Shown here: positions 61,425 through 64,000 of the stretch, piece after piece
How the letters are laid out: each line of letters begins with the position of its first letter
How positions within the stretch are numbered: position 1 is the first letter of the stretch
Origin: Candidatus Bathyarchaeota archaeon
Lineage (GTDB): Archaea; Thermoproteota; Bathyarchaeia; Bathyarchaeales; Bathycorpusculaceae
Reading direction: 5' to 3'
Assembly (NCBI GenBank): GCA_963770935.1
Contig: CAVYRJ010000017.1
Coordinates: 16,033 to 80,032 of the forward strand
DNA length: 64,000 bases
Notes under the pieces: generated by a model
What the model was told of the DNA's origin: nothing
Databases searched by the model: none
Seen by the model: the letters and a program-made list of their open reading frames with translations, nothing else
Position numbers and translations under genes: made by a program

Positions 61425-61645
61425 TGCCTTGTGGCTTTAACGTCATTTACCCACTCCTCAGCTTTAACATCCATAAGGCTGCTGAGTTCTTTGGCGACAC
61501 TTTGTGCTTTGGCTTTTTTCTCAGATACAAGGTCTTCAAGAAGCTGCTCCACGGCCATTCTTAAGTCAATTCCAAGCTTCTCAGCTTCGTCTTTCAGGTT
61601 TTTTTTAACCCTTACAGATAAAACCTCAGTCACTGTATACACCAA
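61415..61645 (-). CDS. VapB-type (CcdA-like RHH) antitoxin
   Basis: VLSVRV...LKDEAEKLGID. Confidence 0.85.
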   Translation of the reverse strand: MVYTVTEVLSVRVKKNLKDEAEKLGIDLRMAVEQLLEDLVSEKKAKAQSVAKELSSLMDVKAEEWVNDVKATRHEM

Positions 61646-61661
61646 CGAATTATTGTATACA
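61634..61661. promoter_or_regulatory. Paired TGTATACA palindromic operators
   Basis: TGTATACA at 61634-61641 and 61654-61661, 20 bp apart, over the vapB start region. Confidence 0.65.
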
Positions 61662-61758
61662 GCTACCTATAAAACTTTATCCCAGGTCACTAATAATACA
61701 ATTTCCAAAATTCATCTAAAGTAAGAGGCAATTGTAAAATTAGACTTCAGCTATATCT

Positions 61759-62265
61759 TTAGCCTTCATATGCTTTTTCTAGGTCTTCGATGACAATCTT
61801 TTTCATCTTAAGCATTGCATCCATGACTCTTTTTGCTTTCACTTTATCTTTGTCAGATAACAGTTCGCCCAACCGTTTAGGATTAATCTGCCATGAGAGA
61901 CCATACTTATCTTTCAGCCAACCACATACCTCAGACTCTGGAACCGCCGATAGCTTTTCCCAAAAATAATCAACCTCTTCTTGATCCGCGCACTCCACAT
62001 AGAAAGATATTGCTTCAGTGAACTTGAATATTGGACCTCCATCAAGTGCCATAAAACGTTGTCCATTAAGCTCAAAAATAGCTGTTAAGATCTTCCCTTC
62101 CATCCCCTTTACTGGAATGTTATTTGGCTCTTCTGGGTAACGTAGTGTGCTTACTATCATTGAGTTTTTAGGGCTATTAGGCGCGGAATTAAAAATCTCT
62201 ATATAGAATTTTATTGCTTCTTCAGCTTCTTTATCAAACCATAAACATGGAACAATTTTTTGCAT
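61759..62265 (-). CDS. VOC family (PhnB/3-dmu-9 3-MT-like) protein
   Basis: KIVPCLWFD..AEEA, DGGP.FKFTEAISF, CGWLKDKYGLSWQ. Confidence 0.92.
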   Translation of the reverse strand: MQKIVPCLWFDKEAEEAIKFYIEIFNSAPNSPKNSMIVSTLRYPEEPNNIPVKGMEGKILTAIFELNGQRFMALDGGPIFKFTEAISFYVECADQEEVDYFWEKLSAVPESEVCGWLKDKYGLSWQINPKRLGELLSDKDKVKAKRVMDAMLKMKKIVIEDLEKAYEG

Positions 62266-62553
62266 TAGTTCATCAACCTCTATTTTCGAGAAAAAATCAA
62301 TAATATTCTTTGTTAACGCTTGTTATTTTAGTCTTTGTAGTTGTATGTTTGCAGCCACAGTTTAAGTTTCTATTTATCGCCTTGGTAGGCAGAGGAAGCA
62401 ATGAGTTGGATAGACCAGGAAGTCAAATTGTATGCAAGGAGACTCAATAGGGAATCTTCTATCCTTTTGATTTGAATTTGATGAGAAATTGGACAGAAGA
62501 AGTTGTGAAAATAATTGGCATAAAATTTTTGTCGCTTTAACTCTTGAAGTATG

Positions 62554-62889
62554 TTAAATTCCCATCAAAGATCCATGGTGTATCAGCACTGTAATGGATA
62601 GTGTGTAAGTTGCAATGATCAAAATCATTGATATTGCCAATTTGATGGCTGTAATCGCATTGTTGCTAGTTTTTTCTTTAGGAATCTGATGTAGAAGGTA
62701 TGCAAGCTCTGCAAAGATAATGCCAAATGGAATGGGAACAAAAATAAAGAGAACAGGAGAGAACAGGAACAGAAGTCCCGGGGTCCATATTAAAAAATAA
62801 ATTAAAAAACCACTCGAGATAAAACCTATTAGGCAGACCAAGCCTAAAATAAAAAAGGAATTTCTAATCAAACTTTGAGGTTTACTCAA
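62554..62889 (-). CDS. 3-TM membrane protein
   Basis: Three hydrophobic segments. Confidence 0.6.
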   Translation of the reverse strand: MSKPQSLIRNSFFILGLVCLIGFISSGFLIYFLIWTPGLLFLFSPVLFIFVPIPFGIIFAELAYLLHQIPKEKTSNNAITAIKLAISMILIIATYTLSITVLIHHGSLMGI

Positions 62890-63345
62890 GGTAATGCTCT
62901 CCGGGGTATGGCATCAGACTCTGTTTACGGTTATAGAAGGTCTAAAAAGATATTCTATTGTGAAAATTGAAGGTCTAATAATTAAAACTACATAATCAGA
63001 ATTAACTTGAGTAACGGTAAATATACAGCCTTATCTCACCATGTAAACCGCCTCGCCCAACATAGCTATATCCTACGGTTGCTGGGAAAACCACTCCTGA
63101 CTGCATCATATCAGTCAGTGACTTTTGCTTTTTCTCTCAGGGATGATATACTGGGAAATGGGTTGAGATGTGTTTAACTCCAATCGCAACGTCTGCTGAT
63201 TTTTGTGGTGTAGAGTTTTTAGTTTTTCTATGGTTTGGAGAGTTGTTGCGAAATCAATGGCCCCCCCTATTAATATAAAAAATGTAATAGCATATATTCC
63301 AGTTTATCATTCCAAGAGCTAAGGATCGCTGGTTTTTTTTTTTTT

Positions 63346-63424
63346 TCATTTTTGCACATGCCCCCTCATAGTCTTCGTTGTTTTGCTCACTGATTTCTTT
63401 TCCATACACATTACATTTTACCAT
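63346..63424 (-). pseudogene. Degenerate paralog of the 60861-61010 peptide
   Basis: MVKCNVYGKEISEQNNEDYEG(MC) versus VRKCKVCGKAISSEESEDFEDMC. Confidence 0.55.
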
Positions 63425-63453
63425 ATTTTTTTTTCTTCGCTACTTATGTTTTT

Positions 63454-64000
63454 TCAAGTGTCGCAAAGACAACCGTAGTCGCAGTAGTTGCATTCCCAAC
63501 TTCCTTTTTTGGGTTCAAATGCTGCTGCTTTGATTTTTGCTGCCATCTCGGTGATTTCGGTTTGTATTGCGTCTAATGGCTTGGTTTTCGGGTTCAAAGA
63601 ACACTTTTCGTTAGTTCTCAAGAACCAGTCACCTACCTTCAAAGGACGACTGCCATACATCTGTTTAACTGCAAGCGCGTAAACCAGCAGTTGCATGTCC
63701 TTTTTTAGCTCATTTAGAGACGATGCCTTTTTGCTGGTTTTGTAGTCCACGACTGTGTAGCCTGATTTGTCTTTGTCGATGCGGTCAATTCGGCCTCGTA
63801 GTTTGATGTCGCCAATTGAGGTTTCAAACCACCGCTCAATATCAACAATTTCGGATTTGCTCTTTGCTTGTTCGTCGAGGAAAACTTTCAAAATCGTTTT
63901 GGCTTCGGCGTAATCGCGTTGTTCATCTATTTTTGTTTTGTAGCCTTTTGGATCCCAATATTTAGCCAGAAGCTCGCCTGCAACTTTTTCGTTTATGGGT
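63454..64000 (-). CDS. PD-(D/E)XK nuclease domain (RecB/AddB/Cas4-like), 5' end outside the window
   Basis: IERWF, LRGRIDRID, VVDYKTS, QLLVYA, C-terminal CNYC.Y..LC. Confidence 0.9.
   Translation of the reverse strand, partial: PINEKVAGELLAKYWDPKGYKTKIDEQRDYAEAKTILKVFLDEQAKSKSEIVDIERWFETSIGDIKLRGRIDRIDKDKSGYTVVDYKTSKKASSLNELKKDMQLLVYALAVKQMYGSRPLKVGDWFLRTNEKCSLNPKTKPLDAIQTEITEMAAKIKAAAFEPKKGSWECNYCDYGCLCDT

Noticed and set aside
63454-64000. Cas4 of a CRISPR system
   Set aside because: There are no cas genes or repeat-spacer array in the window, and the motifs fit an AddB/RecB-type nuclease domain equally well.

Overview
Archaeal chromosome segment, most likely Candidatus Bathyarchaeia (paralogous PQQ-like beta-propeller surface proteins, EF-2 paralog, tandem PurP, HdrCB-MvhGA, intron-containing tRNA). 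From left to right: a partial N4-cytosine methyltransferase; tRNA-Leu(CAA) anchoring a ~9.2 kb decayed island bounded by a 21-bp direct repeat, which carries two large beta-propeller proteins and a broken ABC-ATPase/GNAT gene; pepF, uppP and AbiV; two tungsten AOR-family operons, one with its active-site residues replaced; four surface proteins with PEF-CTERM-like tails, three sharing an upstream DNA motif; tRNA-Ile2, ogg, EF-2 paralog and a kinase; pur genes; hdrCB-mvhGA-hycI; housekeeping genes; tail-to-tail IS remnants; and a dense toxin-antitoxin region partly bracketed by a duplicated nuclease gene end. Many core genes carry single-base frameshifts that look like assembly errors. All calls come from motif recognition by eye; no searches were run.
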